NCBI GenBank assembly: GCA_964203275.1
Contig: CAXNMF010000016.1
Span: 7,723 to 71,722, forward strand
Length of the DNA: 64,000 nt
Reading direction: 5' to 3'
DNA from: Burkholderiales bacterium
GTDB lineage: Bacteria > Pseudomonadota > Gammaproteobacteria > Burkholderiales > SG8-41
In this document: positions 1 to 9,623 of the stretch, in pieces
Numbering within the stretch: position 1 is the stretch's first letter
Layout of the letters: every line of letters starts with the position of its first letter
Notes under the pieces: model-generated
What the model saw: the letters and a program-made list of their open reading frames with translations, nothing else
Database searches by the model: none
What the model was told of the DNA's origin: nothing
Position numbers and translations under genes: made by a program

Positions 1-2
1 AG

Positions 3-1490
3 ATGCCCGGCGTGGTTGCGGTGGTGCGCGACGGCAATTTTCTCGGTGTGGTGGCACAACGTGAAGAACAGGCGATCCGCGCCGAACGCCGTCTTGCACG
101 TATCGCGCAATGGAATAACGGCCCGGAACTGCCGGCCAACGATCCACGTCATCTGCTGACGCTGCAGTCGCAGGCGGAAAGCGAAGTCATCAACACCAAG
201 GGTGACCCTTCGACTGCAGGCGCGAAGCAGTTCAGCGCCGAATACACCAAACCTTATCTGGCTCATGCTTCACTGGCGCCGTCCTGCGCGCTGGCGCAGT
301 GGGGCAGCGGTGCGGACAGCGGCAAGGTATGGATCTGGACGCACAGCCAGGGCATTTACCCGCTGCGCGGCGACATGGCGCAGGTGCTGGGTTTGCCGGA
401 GAACGACATCATCATCACCCACGCCGAAGGTGCGGGCTGTTACGGCCACAATGCAGCCGACGACGTCACGCTCGACGCCGTGTTGCTGGCGCGCGCGGTG
501 CCGGGCAAACCGGTGCGTGTGCAGTGGATGCGCGAAGATGAATTCGCCTGGGAGCCCTTCAGCTCGCCGATGGTGGTCAGGCTCAATGCCTCGCTCGACG
601 ACAAAGGCAATATCGTCAACTGGGGCCATGAATTGTGGAGTCATGCGCACAGCACGCGGCCCGGCGGCAAGGGCGGTGTCAATCTGTTGGCGGCGTGGCA
701 TCTGGAAAAACCGCTGCCCGCAGCCAAGCCCGGCAATCCGCCGCTGCCCGGCGGCGGCAGCCATCGCAATGCAGTGCCCTTATATGACTTCCCCAACCAG
801 AAAGTCACCAACCACCTGATCCGCCAGTCACCCCTGCGCACTTCCGCGCTGCGCGCGCTGGGTGGCCATGCCAATGCCTACGCCATCGAATGTTTCATTG
901 ATGAACTGGCAGAAGCGGCGGGCGCCGATCCGGTGGAATTCCGCCTGCGTCATCTCAAGGATGCACGCGCCAAGGCCGTCATCGAAAAAGTGGCGCAGAT
1001 GGCGAAGTGGAAGCCCAATGAGAAGGGCGACGGCGAACGCGGTCGCGGCATCGGTTTCGCGCGCTATAAAAACCTCGCCGCGTACGTTGCGGTGATTGCC
1101 GAAGTGCATATTGCCGAAGACGTGCGTGTGACCAAGCTGTGGGGTGCGGTCGACGTCGGCCAGGCGATCAATCCCGATGGTGTGATCAACCAGATCGAAG
1201 GCGGCATGATCCAGAGTGCCAGCTGGACGCTGAAGGAGCGTGTTGATTTCGACAAGGTGGGTGTGACCACGCGCAACTGGCTGGATTACCCGATCCTCAG
1301 TTTTGTTGAAGTGCCGGAGGTCGAGGTTGCGCTGATCAACCGACCCGAAGCGCCACCGGTCGGTGCGGGCGAGGGCACGCAAGGTCCGGTATCGGGGGCC
1401 ATCGGTAATGCCATTTACAATGCCATCGGTGCGCGGCTGCGTGACATGCCGTTCACCCGCGACCGCATTGTTGCGGCGCTGAGTGCCTGA
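3..1490 (+). CDS. Molybdopterin-dependent oxidoreductase, aldehyde oxidase/xanthine dehydrogenase family Mo-binding (IorB-like beta) subunit; 5' end lies outside the window
   Basis: The ORF is open at the window edge (495 aa). The C-terminal half resembles the aldehyde oxidase/xanthine DH a/b hammerhead and Mo-binding domains (GCYGHN, GEGTQGPV near the C-terminus). Confidence 0.8.
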   Translation: MPGVVAVVRDGNFLGVVAQREEQAIRAERRLARIAQWNNGPELPANDPRHLLTLQSQAESEVINTKGDPSTAGAKQFSAEYTKPYLAHASLAPSCALAQWGSGADSGKVWIWTHSQGIYPLRGDMAQVLGLPENDIIITHAEGAGCYGHNAADDVTLDAVLLARAVPGKPVRVQWMREDEFAWEPFSSPMVVRLNASLDDKGNIVNWGHELWSHAHSTRPGGKGGVNLLAAWHLEKPLPAAKPGNPPLPGGGSHRNAVPLYDFPNQKVTNHLIRQSPLRTSALRALGGHANAYAIECFIDELAEAAGADPVEFRLRHLKDARAKAVIEKVAQMAKWKPNEKGDGERGRGIGFARYKNLAAYVAVIAEVHIAEDVRVTKLWGAVDVGQAINPDGVINQIEGGMIQSASWTLKERVDFDKVGVTTRNWLDYPILSFVEVPEVEVALINRPEAPPVGAGEGTQGPVSGAIGNAIYNAIGARLRDMPFTRDRIVAALSA

Positions 1491-1509
1491 CTTTGGGAGT
1501 CCCGGAATA

Positions 1510-2598
1510 ATGCATCGAAAAACGATAGGCATTGCCGTGGTCGGTTCAGGACGGATCGGAACTTTGCGCGCTGTCATGGCAGCCCGCCATCCGGCCGTTC
1601 ACTTCCTGGCCGTTTCTGACCGTGAGCCTGCAAAAGCTGAAAAACTGGCAGCGCAGTGCGGTGCCGCATGCTGGTCCGGAGACAATCTCGAGGTGATTTC
1701 CAGGCCTGAGGTCGGAGCAGTGGTTGTTTCCACGATTGAACTTGAGCATGTAGGGCCGGTTGTTCAGGCCCTGGAGATGGGGAAAAAGGTTTTTGTCGAA
1801 AAACCGATTGCCCTGACGCTAAAGGACGCTGATCACCTGATCAATACTGCACGCCTTCATGCGGACCGTGGCGCCACTCTGCACGTGGGATTCAGCCGGC
1901 GCTTCAAGAAGCGTTACATGATTGCAAGGGAGCAACTCAGGCGCGGGCGTCTGGGGCAACTGACCGGTGCGGTGGTCAGACTTTTTAATACCCGCTCGCA
2001 GGCCATGCAGACCCTTTCACGCTTGCCCGAGAACAGCCCGACTTCCGGTCTGACCTACTATATCGATCTGATGGGGTGGTTTTTCGAGAATAACCCCATT
2101 GTTGAAGTCATTGCCCGAGGCAAACGCGGCGTATTGCTGAACTCGGGCCACAATACAACGGACCTTGCCCATGCGATTCTGACTTGTGCTGATGGCGCCG
2201 TCATCGCGATGAGCGTCAGCTACGCATTACCCAAGGGTTTTCCTGTGCTCGGCCATGCCGCCCGTGTCGAATTGCTGGGCCCTGACGGTGTGATGCTGCT
2301 CGACGATGACCATACTGATCGCATGCTCTACAGTGATCATGGCGTCGGACATGTTTACATCCCCGGGCATGAAGTCAACATGGCTTTCCTTGGCAGCGGC
2401 ACACCTGGGGACTGGGCGATGGACGAGTTTTGGGGGCCGGTCGCGACAGAGACCAGGGCATGGATTGATCATCTGACAGCCGGAACACCCACAATGCATT
2501 CAACGCCATCGCAGGCGCGCCAGACCCTGGCCGTGACGTTGGCGATGGAGGAGTCCCTGAGAACCGGATTACCGGTCAAAGTGGATGTTGCAGCGTAA
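1510..2598 (+). CDS. Gfo/Idh/MocA family NAD(P)-dependent oxidoreductase
   Basis: N-terminal Rossmann motif IGIAVVGSGRIG and an EKP motif (VFVEKPIA). I moved the start to ATG 1510 inside track ORF 1483..2598. Confidence 0.85.
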   Translation: MHRKTIGIAVVGSGRIGTLRAVMAARHPAVHFLAVSDREPAKAEKLAAQCGAACWSGDNLEVISRPEVGAVVVSTIELEHVGPVVQALEMGKKVFVEKPIALTLKDADHLINTARLHADRGATLHVGFSRRFKKRYMIAREQLRRGRLGQLTGAVVRLFNTRSQAMQTLSRLPENSPTSGLTYYIDLMGWFFENNPIVEVIARGKRGVLLNSGHNTTDLAHAILTCADGAVIAMSVSYALPKGFPVLGHAARVELLGPDGVMLLDDDHTDRMLYSDHGVGHVYIPGHEVNMAFLGSGTPGDWAMDEFWGPVATETRAWIDHLTAGTPTMHSTPSQARQTLAVTLAMEESLRTGLPVKVDVAA

Positions 2599-2615
2599 TC
2601 TTTCAAAGGAGGTGC

Positions 2616-3626
2616 ATGATGCTTGATTGGAGCAGAGTGACGCAGGTTTTGACAGTCGCTACGGTCGCGGTTTGTTGTACGGTGTTGTCTGCTCCCGGTA
2701 TTGTTGTTGCCGCGGAATGGAAGCCTGACCGTGTCGTGGAAATCATTGTTGCAACGGGTGCTGGCGGCGGTCAGGATAAGTCTGCGCGAACGGTGCAGAG
2801 GATTCTGCAGGACAGCAAGATTCTGTCTGTAACTTCGACAGTGCAGAATAAACCGGGTGGTGGTGGACTGGTTGCCTGGAATTACCTCAATCAGAAAGGT
2901 GCTGATGGTCATTTCATTGCAATCGCCAACCCGACTTTGCTGACAAATCATATTACCGGTCGATCCAGCATCAGCTATACCGATATGACCATGATCGCCA
3001 ACCTCTTTACCGAATCAGTGGCGATCAGTGTGCGCGAGGATTCTCCGATCCGCTCGATCAAGGATCTGTCCGAGCGGTTACGTAAAGATGTTACCTCAGT
3101 GAGTTTTTCAGTCGGCAGCAGTCTGGGAAGTGCCAACCATATCGCGATGGCACGTCTGGCGAGACTTTCGGGTGCTGATCCCAGAAAAATGCGCGCCGTT
3201 GTTTTTCAGGGTGGCGGTCAGGCCATGACTGCGTTGTTGGGTGGGCATGTAGATCTGATTGCTTCGGCAGCCAACAATGTTGTTCCTCATTTGCAGGGAG
3301 GCAAACTCCGGGTCCTTGGCGTGACCGCCGAGAAACGCCTGGAGGGCTCTTTTGCAAACATTCCGACGCTACGTGAACAGGGGGCCGACGTGGTGATCAG
3401 CAATGGCCGCATGATGGTGGGGGCCAAGGCCATGACGCCTCCCCAGGTTGCTTATTGGGAGGCTGCTCTTGAGCGGATGGCGGCAACGGCTGAATGGAAG
3501 AAGGTTATTGACGACAACGAATTTGAACCCTTGTTCATGTCAAGCAAGGATACTCAAGCCTATCTCAAGGCGCAGTATGCTGAGCTGAAAAAGGCTCTCG
3601 ATGATCTGGGCATGGCCGTCAAGTAA
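2616..3626 (+). CDS. Bug/TctC-family tripartite tricarboxylate transporter substrate-binding protein
   Basis: Signal peptide followed by the typical Bug core (VEIIVATGAGGGQD, NKPGGGG, PDGH). RBS AAAGGAGG lies upstream. Confidence 0.85.
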   Translation: MMLDWSRVTQVLTVATVAVCCTVLSAPGIVVAAEWKPDRVVEIIVATGAGGGQDKSARTVQRILQDSKILSVTSTVQNKPGGGGLVAWNYLNQKGADGHFIAIANPTLLTNHITGRSSISYTDMTMIANLFTESVAISVREDSPIRSIKDLSERLRKDVTSVSFSVGSSLGSANHIAMARLARLSGADPRKMRAVVFQGGGQAMTALLGGHVDLIASAANNVVPHLQGGKLRVLGVTAEKRLEGSFANIPTLREQGADVVISNGRMMVGAKAMTPPQVAYWEAALERMAATAEWKKVIDDNEFEPLFMSSKDTQAYLKAQYAELKKALDDLGMAVK

Positions 3627-4002
3627 GCACGCCAATTTCCTTGAATATCTCCACGCATCGGCGGACGGCCGTGTTTGAGGAAGGGAATCCACAGTAAACG
3701 GCGCCTTGTACAAAAACCTCGACAATTTCGTCGGGTGTCGCGCCGTTATTGAGGGCACCCCTGATGTGTCCGGGAAGTTCATCCATGCGGTCGGCAGCAC
3801 AGATGAAAGCCAGTGTGACCAGGCTGCGCTCCTTGAGCGTGAGTTGCGGCCTGGTCCAGATCTGTCCCCAGGAAAATCCGTTCACCAGTTCCTGTTGCTG
3901 CAGGGTGTATTTGTCAGTGCTCGATTGGCGCTTGTTGACGTGTTTTTCCCCCATGACTTTGCGGCGTATGGCAAGACCAGCCTCGATGTCTTTCGGTTCC
4001 AT
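3619..4002 (-). CDS. Carboxymuconolactone decarboxylase (CMD/AhpD-like) family protein
   Basis: 127 aa with the CMD-family pattern (WTRPQLTLKERSLVTLA...GATPDEIVEV...YCGFP). Confidence 0.8.
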   Translation of the reverse strand: MEPKDIEAGLAIRRKVMGEKHVNKRQSSTDKYTLQQQELVNGFSWGQIWTRPQLTLKERSLVTLAFICAADRMDELPGHIRGALNNGATPDEIVEVFVQGAVYCGFPSSNTAVRRCVEIFKEIGVLT

Positions 4003-4159
4003 GTTTGTTCCTTGATTAAAATACAGATTGGATACTTGTAAAATCCGGGTCCAAGTTTAGCGGAAGCGCCTGATTCCCCCAAACAGGTCATTGCCCGACT
4101 TTTGCGATTGCTGCATTAGCAGTCAACAAGAAACTACTTAATGTTAAGGTGGCTTTGTC

Positions 4160-5149
4160 ATGAAGCCGACTTTGGAGAAGAAAATGAAATATCGGTTAGC
4201 AGATATGGTTTGTGGCGCACTCATGGCGGCCGGCAGTGTGACTGTTGCTGCAGCCTATCCCGAACGGCCGATCCGCCTGATTGTGCCCTTCGCACCGGGT
4301 GGCAATGTTGATCTGACCGCCCGCGCGATCACACCAGACATGGGAGATTTGCTTGGCCGCAATATCATCATCGACAACCGTGCCGGTGCGGGTGGCGCAG
4401 TGGGTTCTGAAATTGCCGCCAAATCAGTGCCTGACGGTTATACGCTGCTGTTTTCATCGACCGGTTCGCTGACCATCGCGCCGGTAGTCTCCACCAAGCT
4501 GCGTTACGACCCGATCAAGGATTTTGAAACCATCAACCTCGCGTCCAACGTGCCGGTGATCATGCTGGTGCCGCTGGCGTCACCGGCGAAAACGGTGAAG
4601 GATTTTATTCCCTACGCCAAATCACGCGGCGAGCTGATCATGGGCTCGTCGGGTAATTTCGCCACCGGCCGTCTGGCCGGCGAATTGTTCCAGGGCATCA
4701 CCGGCACCAAGTTTACGCATGTGCCGTACAAGGGGGGTAGTCCTGCGATGCTGGACTTGATCGGTGGCCGTATCGATGTGATGTTTGACCAGATCTCTTC
4801 AGCAATCGGTCACGTCAAGAGCGGCAAGGTCAGGGCGCTGGCGGTGAATGCCAGCAACCGCTCGACCGAACTTCCGGAAGTGCCGACCATGAAAGAAGCC
4901 GGCGTGGCCGGCGTCGAGGCGGGCACCTTTACCGCGATGCTGGCGCCAGCTACAACGCCCAAGGCCATCGTCAATCGCCTCAATGAAGACATGAACAAGG
5001 CCATGCGCACGCCGCAGGTGCAGCAGAGCTTCGCCAAGTACAACGCCGAGATGATCGGCACCACGCCCGCTGCCAGCCAGGCCTTCATCAAGGCTGAAAT
5101 CGAAAAATGGCGCAAGGTCGTGCGTGCTGCGAATATCAAGGAAGAATAA
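4160..5149 (+). CDS. Bug/TctC-family substrate-binding protein
   Basis: Signal peptide, then YPERPIRLIVPFAPGGNVD, DNRAGAGG and PDGYTLL motifs. RBS AAGGTGG. Confidence 0.9.
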   Translation: MKPTLEKKMKYRLADMVCGALMAAGSVTVAAAYPERPIRLIVPFAPGGNVDLTARAITPDMGDLLGRNIIIDNRAGAGGAVGSEIAAKSVPDGYTLLFSSTGSLTIAPVVSTKLRYDPIKDFETINLASNVPVIMLVPLASPAKTVKDFIPYAKSRGELIMGSSGNFATGRLAGELFQGITGTKFTHVPYKGGSPAMLDLIGGRIDVMFDQISSAIGHVKSGKVRALAVNASNRSTELPEVPTMKEAGVAGVEAGTFTAMLAPATTPKAIVNRLNEDMNKAMRTPQVQQSFAKYNAEMIGTTPAASQAFIKAEIEKWRKVVRAANIKEE

Positions 5150-5164
5150 GCACAGCTTCGCATG

Positions 5165-5184
5165 CGCCCGATGATCATCGGGCG
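5165..5184. terminator. Hairpin between convergent genes (8-bp stem cgcccgat/atcgggcg, loop gatc), with no clear T-tract
   Basis: Seen directly in the 35-nt gap between the stop codons of 4160..5149 (+) and 5185..6099 (-). Confidence 0.45.
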
Positions 5185-6099
5185 TTACATGGCGGTGGTT
5201 GGAGTTACTGATTTAGGTTGTTCGATGCCGCCATTGGTTGAACCGGGAATTCGCGGCGGTGGCAGGTACATCACGGAAGGACGCCGCGTATTGGCCTGCG
5301 GGTAAAGGTCCATCAGGTCGTAAACCACACGCGGCATTTTCGTGCTCACCGGGAAACCCAGTTTCTGGGCACCCTGCACAGTGATCGGAAAGTCGTGTGT
5401 GACCTGTCCTTCGCTGAGTGCCACCGCCAGTTGCTCGGCGTCTTTGCGCGGCATGCGTTTGGTCAGCATGTCGGCGACGAAACTAGCCACCTGCCGCTGT
5501 GCCTTGACCGCCATGTCCGCCATCATCAGCGTTTGGTCGCTGGCTTGTTCCTTTTTGATTTTAACGGCCTGCAGTATTGAAGATGCGGCCATTTCGCCAA
5601 TCTGCGGATCCACCGGGCCGAGCACGGCGTTGCGGTCCATGACGATTTCTGCGGCTGCCATCGCAATCAGCGTGCCGCCACTCATCGCGTAGTGCGGCAC
5701 AAACACGGTGACCTTGCCCTTGTGGTCGGCCAATGCGCGGGCGATCTGCTCTGCGGCCAGCACAAGCCCGCCGGGGGTGTGCAAAATCAGGTCGATTGGT
5801 TGATCGTCCGGCGTCAGCCGGATTGCGCGTAGTACGGCCTCGGAATCCTCGATGTTGATGTAGGCGGCGACCTGAACGCCGAACAGGCTCTGGCTTTCCT
5901 GGCGGTGGATCAGTGCGATTACCCTCGACTTGCGCTCACTCTGGAACTGTTTCAGCAGCCCGTCGCGGGCTTTCTGAGTATTGTCCCGCTGTCCGAAAAC
6001 CTGGAATAGCACCATGCCTATGATCAGCAGCCAGAATACAAGCCGGGCTCCCTGTGCGAGGTTGAACCAGATGCCAGGGCGTTGTTGTGTTGCGGTCAT
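5185..6099 (-). CDS. Membrane-anchored Clp-fold serine protease, SDH (serine dehydrogenase proteinase) family
   Basis: N-terminal TM helix. The core LILHTPGGLVLAAEQIARAL...VPHYAMSGGTLIAMAA...LGPVDPQ matches my recollection of the SDH_sah/ClpP-fold family. Confidence 0.7.
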   Translation of the reverse strand: MTATQQRPGIWFNLAQGARLVFWLLIIGMVLFQVFGQRDNTQKARDGLLKQFQSERKSRVIALIHRQESQSLFGVQVAAYINIEDSEAVLRAIRLTPDDQPIDLILHTPGGLVLAAEQIARALADHKGKVTVFVPHYAMSGGTLIAMAAAEIVMDRNAVLGPVDPQIGEMAASSILQAVKIKKEQASDQTLMMADMAVKAQRQVASFVADMLTKRMPRKDAEQLAVALSEGQVTHDFPITVQGAQKLGFPVSTKMPRVVYDLMDLYPQANTRRPSVMYLPPPRIPGSTNGGIEQPKSVTPTTAM

Positions 6100-6343
6100 G
6101 TTGTCCTTGCGGCGCCTGCATTTTCGCGCTCATCGGGCTGGCGGGAGGCCTGCGCCTTGTGTCGGCATGATGCAGCGAGGCGTCAAGCCGGGCTGTACGC
6201 TTCCGCACATAGTGTCGGGTGGCGAGGCGGACGTGTAGTGTTGGAAATACAGATATTGAGCATTGTTTGTATTGAAAATCTTTCGCAGGTCACGCACCAT
6301 GTGCGGCACCGCTGTTTACACGGAAAAAGGGAGTTTCTGAGCG

Positions 6344-6772
6344 ATGAAAGTATTGGTGATTCATGGTGCCGGCCTCGATATGCGCGGCAAGGTGCAACTC
6401 GACGTCTTCGGTCCGATGACGCTTCCGCAGTATGAAGAGCACATCCGCGGTTATGCCAAGGAACTCGGTATCGAAGTGACGTTCTTCCACTCCAATATCG
6501 AGGGTGAGGTCGTCAACAAGCTGTATCAGGCTTTCGACAGCGATATCGCCGGCGTAGTGATGAACCCGGGCGGCTTCACCATGGTGACTGGCCCGCTGCG
6601 TGCAGCGGTGGCGCAGATGAAATTTCCGGTGATCGAGGTTCATCTGAGCAACCCGACGGCGCGAGGCACCACCTCGGTGATGTTGCCGGTGTGCAAGGCC
6701 TGTGTTTACGGCTTCGGCATCGAGAGCTACAAATTTGCGTTGACCGGATTGAAGTCGTTGATCAAGAAATAA
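6344..6772 (+). CDS. Type II 3-dehydroquinate dehydratase-like protein (divergent paralog)
   Basis: 142 aa with a DHQase-II-like layout (MKVLVIHGAG..., FFHSNIEGE, VMNPGG, IEVHLSNP), but the N-terminal and post-HLSN motifs deviate from the canonical ones. Confidence 0.7.
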   Translation: MKVLVIHGAGLDMRGKVQLDVFGPMTLPQYEEHIRGYAKELGIEVTFFHSNIEGEVVNKLYQAFDSDIAGVVMNPGGFTMVTGPLRAAVAQMKFPVIEVHLSNPTARGTTSVMLPVCKACVYGFGIESYKFALTGLKSLIKK

Positions 6773-6787
6773 TCCGATCGGTACAAG

Positions 6788-6822
6788 AAAAACGGCAAGG
6801 CATGATGCCCTGCCGTTTTTTT
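6788..6822. terminator. Bidirectional rho-independent terminator
   Basis: aaaaacggcaagg-catga-tgccctgccgttttttt. The stem is flanked by an A-run and a T-run and lies between convergent genes 6344..6772 (+) and 6837..7118 (-). Confidence 0.75.
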
Positions 6823-6836
6823 GTGCAGCCGATTGC

Positions 6837-7118
6837 TCAGCGGATGGGAATGTAAATATTCGGCAGCATGATGTGTATGCCTGCAGAGGGTTGCGCGTAA
6901 TACACCGGCGCGGGGGCATAGTAGGAGTGGTGGCGCACCACTTCGCGGTAAACCACGCGCGGCGGGGCATAGTGCGGGTGGTAATGCCGCGCTTCCTTCC
7001 AGTGTTTGTGCCCGTGTCCGTAACCATGACCGCGACCACGATCGTCGCCGCGATCCGCCCAGGCGGGCGCTGCTGCCAGCATCACCGCCGCCAACACTGC
7101 ACCTGTCATCAGTTTCAT
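6837..7118 (-). CDS. Small secreted His/Tyr/Pro-rich protein of unknown function
   Basis: Signal peptide ending in AWA, then GHGYGHGHKH, HYHPHY, RHHSYY and PxPV-like YYAPAPVYY repeats. Confidence 0.6.
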   Translation of the reverse strand: MKLMTGAVLAAVMLAAAPAWADRGDDRGRGHGYGHGHKHWKEARHYHPHYAPPRVVYREVVRHHSYYAPAPVYYAQPSAGIHIMLPNIYIPIR

Positions 7119-7376
7119 TTGGGTCTCCTTTATGCGGCCACGTCCTGCGTGTCCGGTTGCCCCTGTTGCATGATTTTTCGTTATATGCGGCCCTTGCCTC
7201 AGGCCACGGCTGCAGATTAACGGCAGCTTCTGATAAATGCTGTATCAATGTGTAAGCGGATGTAAGCAGCAGGGGCTTTCTTGCCAGTGTGTCGGCTTGC
7301 GGCGACAATCGTTGCGGGCGGTCATCGCCGTCCGACAACAACAGCCGGCCTGTGATGGCGCGTATCGGGGAGAACC

Positions 7377-8852
7377 ATGAAGTTCGGTGATTACGTCAAG
7401 GTCAAATCGCTGCAGACCGCAGCGGGATTCCGTGAAAACCTGCAGCGTCTCGGGCTCGACATGCCTTGCGACGACGCACTTGAAGCCGGGCCCGTGTCGC
7501 CGATGGCAGCGCCGCTGAACGTCGATGGCCTGACCATCGGCAACCGCTACACCGTGCATCCGATGGAAGGCTGGGATGCACTGAACGACGGCCGCCCCTC
7601 CGACAACACGCGGCGGCGCTGGGAGCGTTTCGGTTCCTCCGGCGCCAAGCTGATCTGGGGCTGCGAAGCGATTGCAGTGCGACCCGACGGCCGTGCCAAT
7701 CCCAACCAGCTGATGTTGAACGCGCACACCGAAGCCGAGATCGGCGCGATGCGCGAAGCGCTGGTCGCGGCACACCGCACGGCGATGGGCGATGACAAAG
7801 GTCTGGTTGTCGGCCTGCAATTGACGCACTCCGGCCGTTTTTGCAAACCCAACGATCATCACAAGATGGAGCCGATGATCCTCTACCGCCATCCGCTGCT
7901 CGACCGCCGGCAGAAGCTCGGCCCCGACTATCCGCTGATCAGCGACGGCGAAATCCGCCGCCTGATTGATGACTACGTGCAGACCGCCAAGCGCGCGGCG
8001 AAGCTCGGTTTTGAATTCGTTGATGTGAAGGCCTGCCACGGTTACCTCGGCCACGAATTCCTTTCAGCGAAAACCCGCGACGGTGAGTTCGGCGGCTCAT
8101 TGGAAAACCGCACGCGTTTCCTGCGCGAAATCGTCGCCGGCATCAAAGCCGAAGCGCCGGGCATGAAGTTCGGTATGCGCATTTCCGCCGCTGACCTGGT
8201 GCCGTTCCGCCCAGATCCCGCGCTGACCACGGCGGAGGCGATGGGGCCGGGCGTGCCGGAGGATTTTGCGAATCTGCTCCCTTACCGTTATAGCTTCGGC
8301 ACGAAGGAATCCGATCCGCTGGCCTTCGATCTCAGCGAAACCAAAGCCGTGATCGCCATCGCCCGCGAGCTCGGCATCCACCTGTTCAACATCACGCTGG
8401 GCAGCCCGTACTACAACCCGCACCTGACGCGCCCCGCGCTGTATCCGCCATCAGACGGCTACCACCCGCCGGAAGATCCGCTGATCGGGGTGATGAGACA
8501 TTTGAGCGTCGTGCGTGAACTGAAGCAGGCCTTCCCGGGCGCGGTGTTTGTGGGCAGCGGATATACCTATTTGCAGGAATTCCTGCCCAACGTTGCGCAG
8601 GCCGCGGTGCGCGCCGGCTGGGTCGACAGCGTCGGCCTTGGCCGCATGATGCTGTCTTATCCCGATCTGCCCGCCGATGTGCTTGCCGGCCGTCCGTTGC
8701 AGCGCAAGCGCCTGTGCCGCACCTTCAGCGACTGCACCACCGCGCCGCGCCACGGCGTGATTTCAGGCTGTTATCCGCTGGATGCGCATTACAAGAAGTC
8801 GCCGGAGATGGTGAAGGTGGCGGCAATCAAGAAGACGGCGAAGCTTTCTTGA
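7377..8852 (+). CDS. NADH:flavin oxidoreductase, Old Yellow Enzyme / 2,4-dienoyl-CoA reductase N-domain family
   Basis: 491 aa with OYE TIM-barrel hallmarks (LQLTHSGR, VDVKACHGYLGHEFLS, GRMMLSYPDL). Confidence 0.85.
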   Translation: MKFGDYVKVKSLQTAAGFRENLQRLGLDMPCDDALEAGPVSPMAAPLNVDGLTIGNRYTVHPMEGWDALNDGRPSDNTRRRWERFGSSGAKLIWGCEAIAVRPDGRANPNQLMLNAHTEAEIGAMREALVAAHRTAMGDDKGLVVGLQLTHSGRFCKPNDHHKMEPMILYRHPLLDRRQKLGPDYPLISDGEIRRLIDDYVQTAKRAAKLGFEFVDVKACHGYLGHEFLSAKTRDGEFGGSLENRTRFLREIVAGIKAEAPGMKFGMRISAADLVPFRPDPALTTAEAMGPGVPEDFANLLPYRYSFGTKESDPLAFDLSETKAVIAIARELGIHLFNITLGSPYYNPHLTRPALYPPSDGYHPPEDPLIGVMRHLSVVRELKQAFPGAVFVGSGYTYLQEFLPNVAQAAVRAGWVDSVGLGRMMLSYPDLPADVLAGRPLQRKRLCRTFSDCTTAPRHGVISGCYPLDAHYKKSPEMVKVAAIKKTAKLS

Positions 8853-8871
8853 CCTTCTTTAAGGGGGAGAA

Positions 8872-9453
8872 ATGAAACGAAGAATTGTTCTATCGATGCT
8901 CGCGTCGGGTGTTTTTCTCGCGGCATGCGCACCGCCTTTTTGGACCACTTCCACTTATGAGCAGTTCCCGCTCAACAGGGGATTCGCGAAACGGGGTGAA
9001 CACTTGATCAAAGTCATCGCTTTGGTGCCGGGCGGAGGCGATGTTGCCGATGCGGTCGGAGTGGAACTTGCCAAGCGCGGCTTTGCTATTGTTTCCCCGG
9101 ACTCAACGATGAGCATGGTTACCGGTATCGACTTTAAAGCCGTAATTGATCATCGGATACCGGCCCGCCGAAACCCGGCTGAAATGGACAAACTGAGGCA
9201 GCAGTTAAGCGCCAAGGGTGTTGACGCTTTTATGGTCTTCAATGTCCAGGATTTCAAACCACGGCAATGGCGGGACAATGCGTATTGGCAGCAAGCGAAC
9301 TATATGATGTACAGCACGCTCCAGACGGGCATCGGTTATTTCGGCGAGATCGCCATCGGTCAATGGGCGAACATCGAAAATCGGGCCAAGAGTCCTTCTG
9401 ACGCGGCGGTAGAGATCGTCAATAACATGGCCATGGGGGGCGGCGCTCTCTAG
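8872..9453 (+). CDS. Lipoprotein of unknown function
   Basis: Lipobox FLAAC after a hydrophobic signal. The start is 20 nt after the OYE stop, with RBS GGGGGAG. Confidence 0.6.
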   Translation: MKRRIVLSMLASGVFLAACAPPFWTTSTYEQFPLNRGFAKRGEHLIKVIALVPGGGDVADAVGVELAKRGFAIVSPDSTMSMVTGIDFKAVIDHRIPARRNPAEMDKLRQQLSAKGVDAFMVFNVQDFKPRQWRDNAYWQQANYMMYSTLQTGIGYFGEIAIGQWANIENRAKSPSDAAVEIVNNMAMGGGAL

Positions 9454-9623
9454 CTGTCGTCAGGACCCGTCATTCAAGTCGATTGCCAACAGCTGCGCTT
9501 TTGTTGCGGTCTGAGTGCAGACGGGGCAAGCTGGCGGGCAGCAGAGGTTCATGACCGGATTGCCCCGATTACTGGAGGCAAACCTTGTGTGCCAGCGTGT
9601 CTGCGTTCACAGGGGAGATGCTG

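Noticed and set aside
4012-4025. FNR-like half-match TTGATTAAAATACA upstream of the CMD-family gene
   Set aside because: It matches only about 8/10 positions and sits 10-25 nt from the start codon, overlapping the RBS region. This is too close to act as an activator site.
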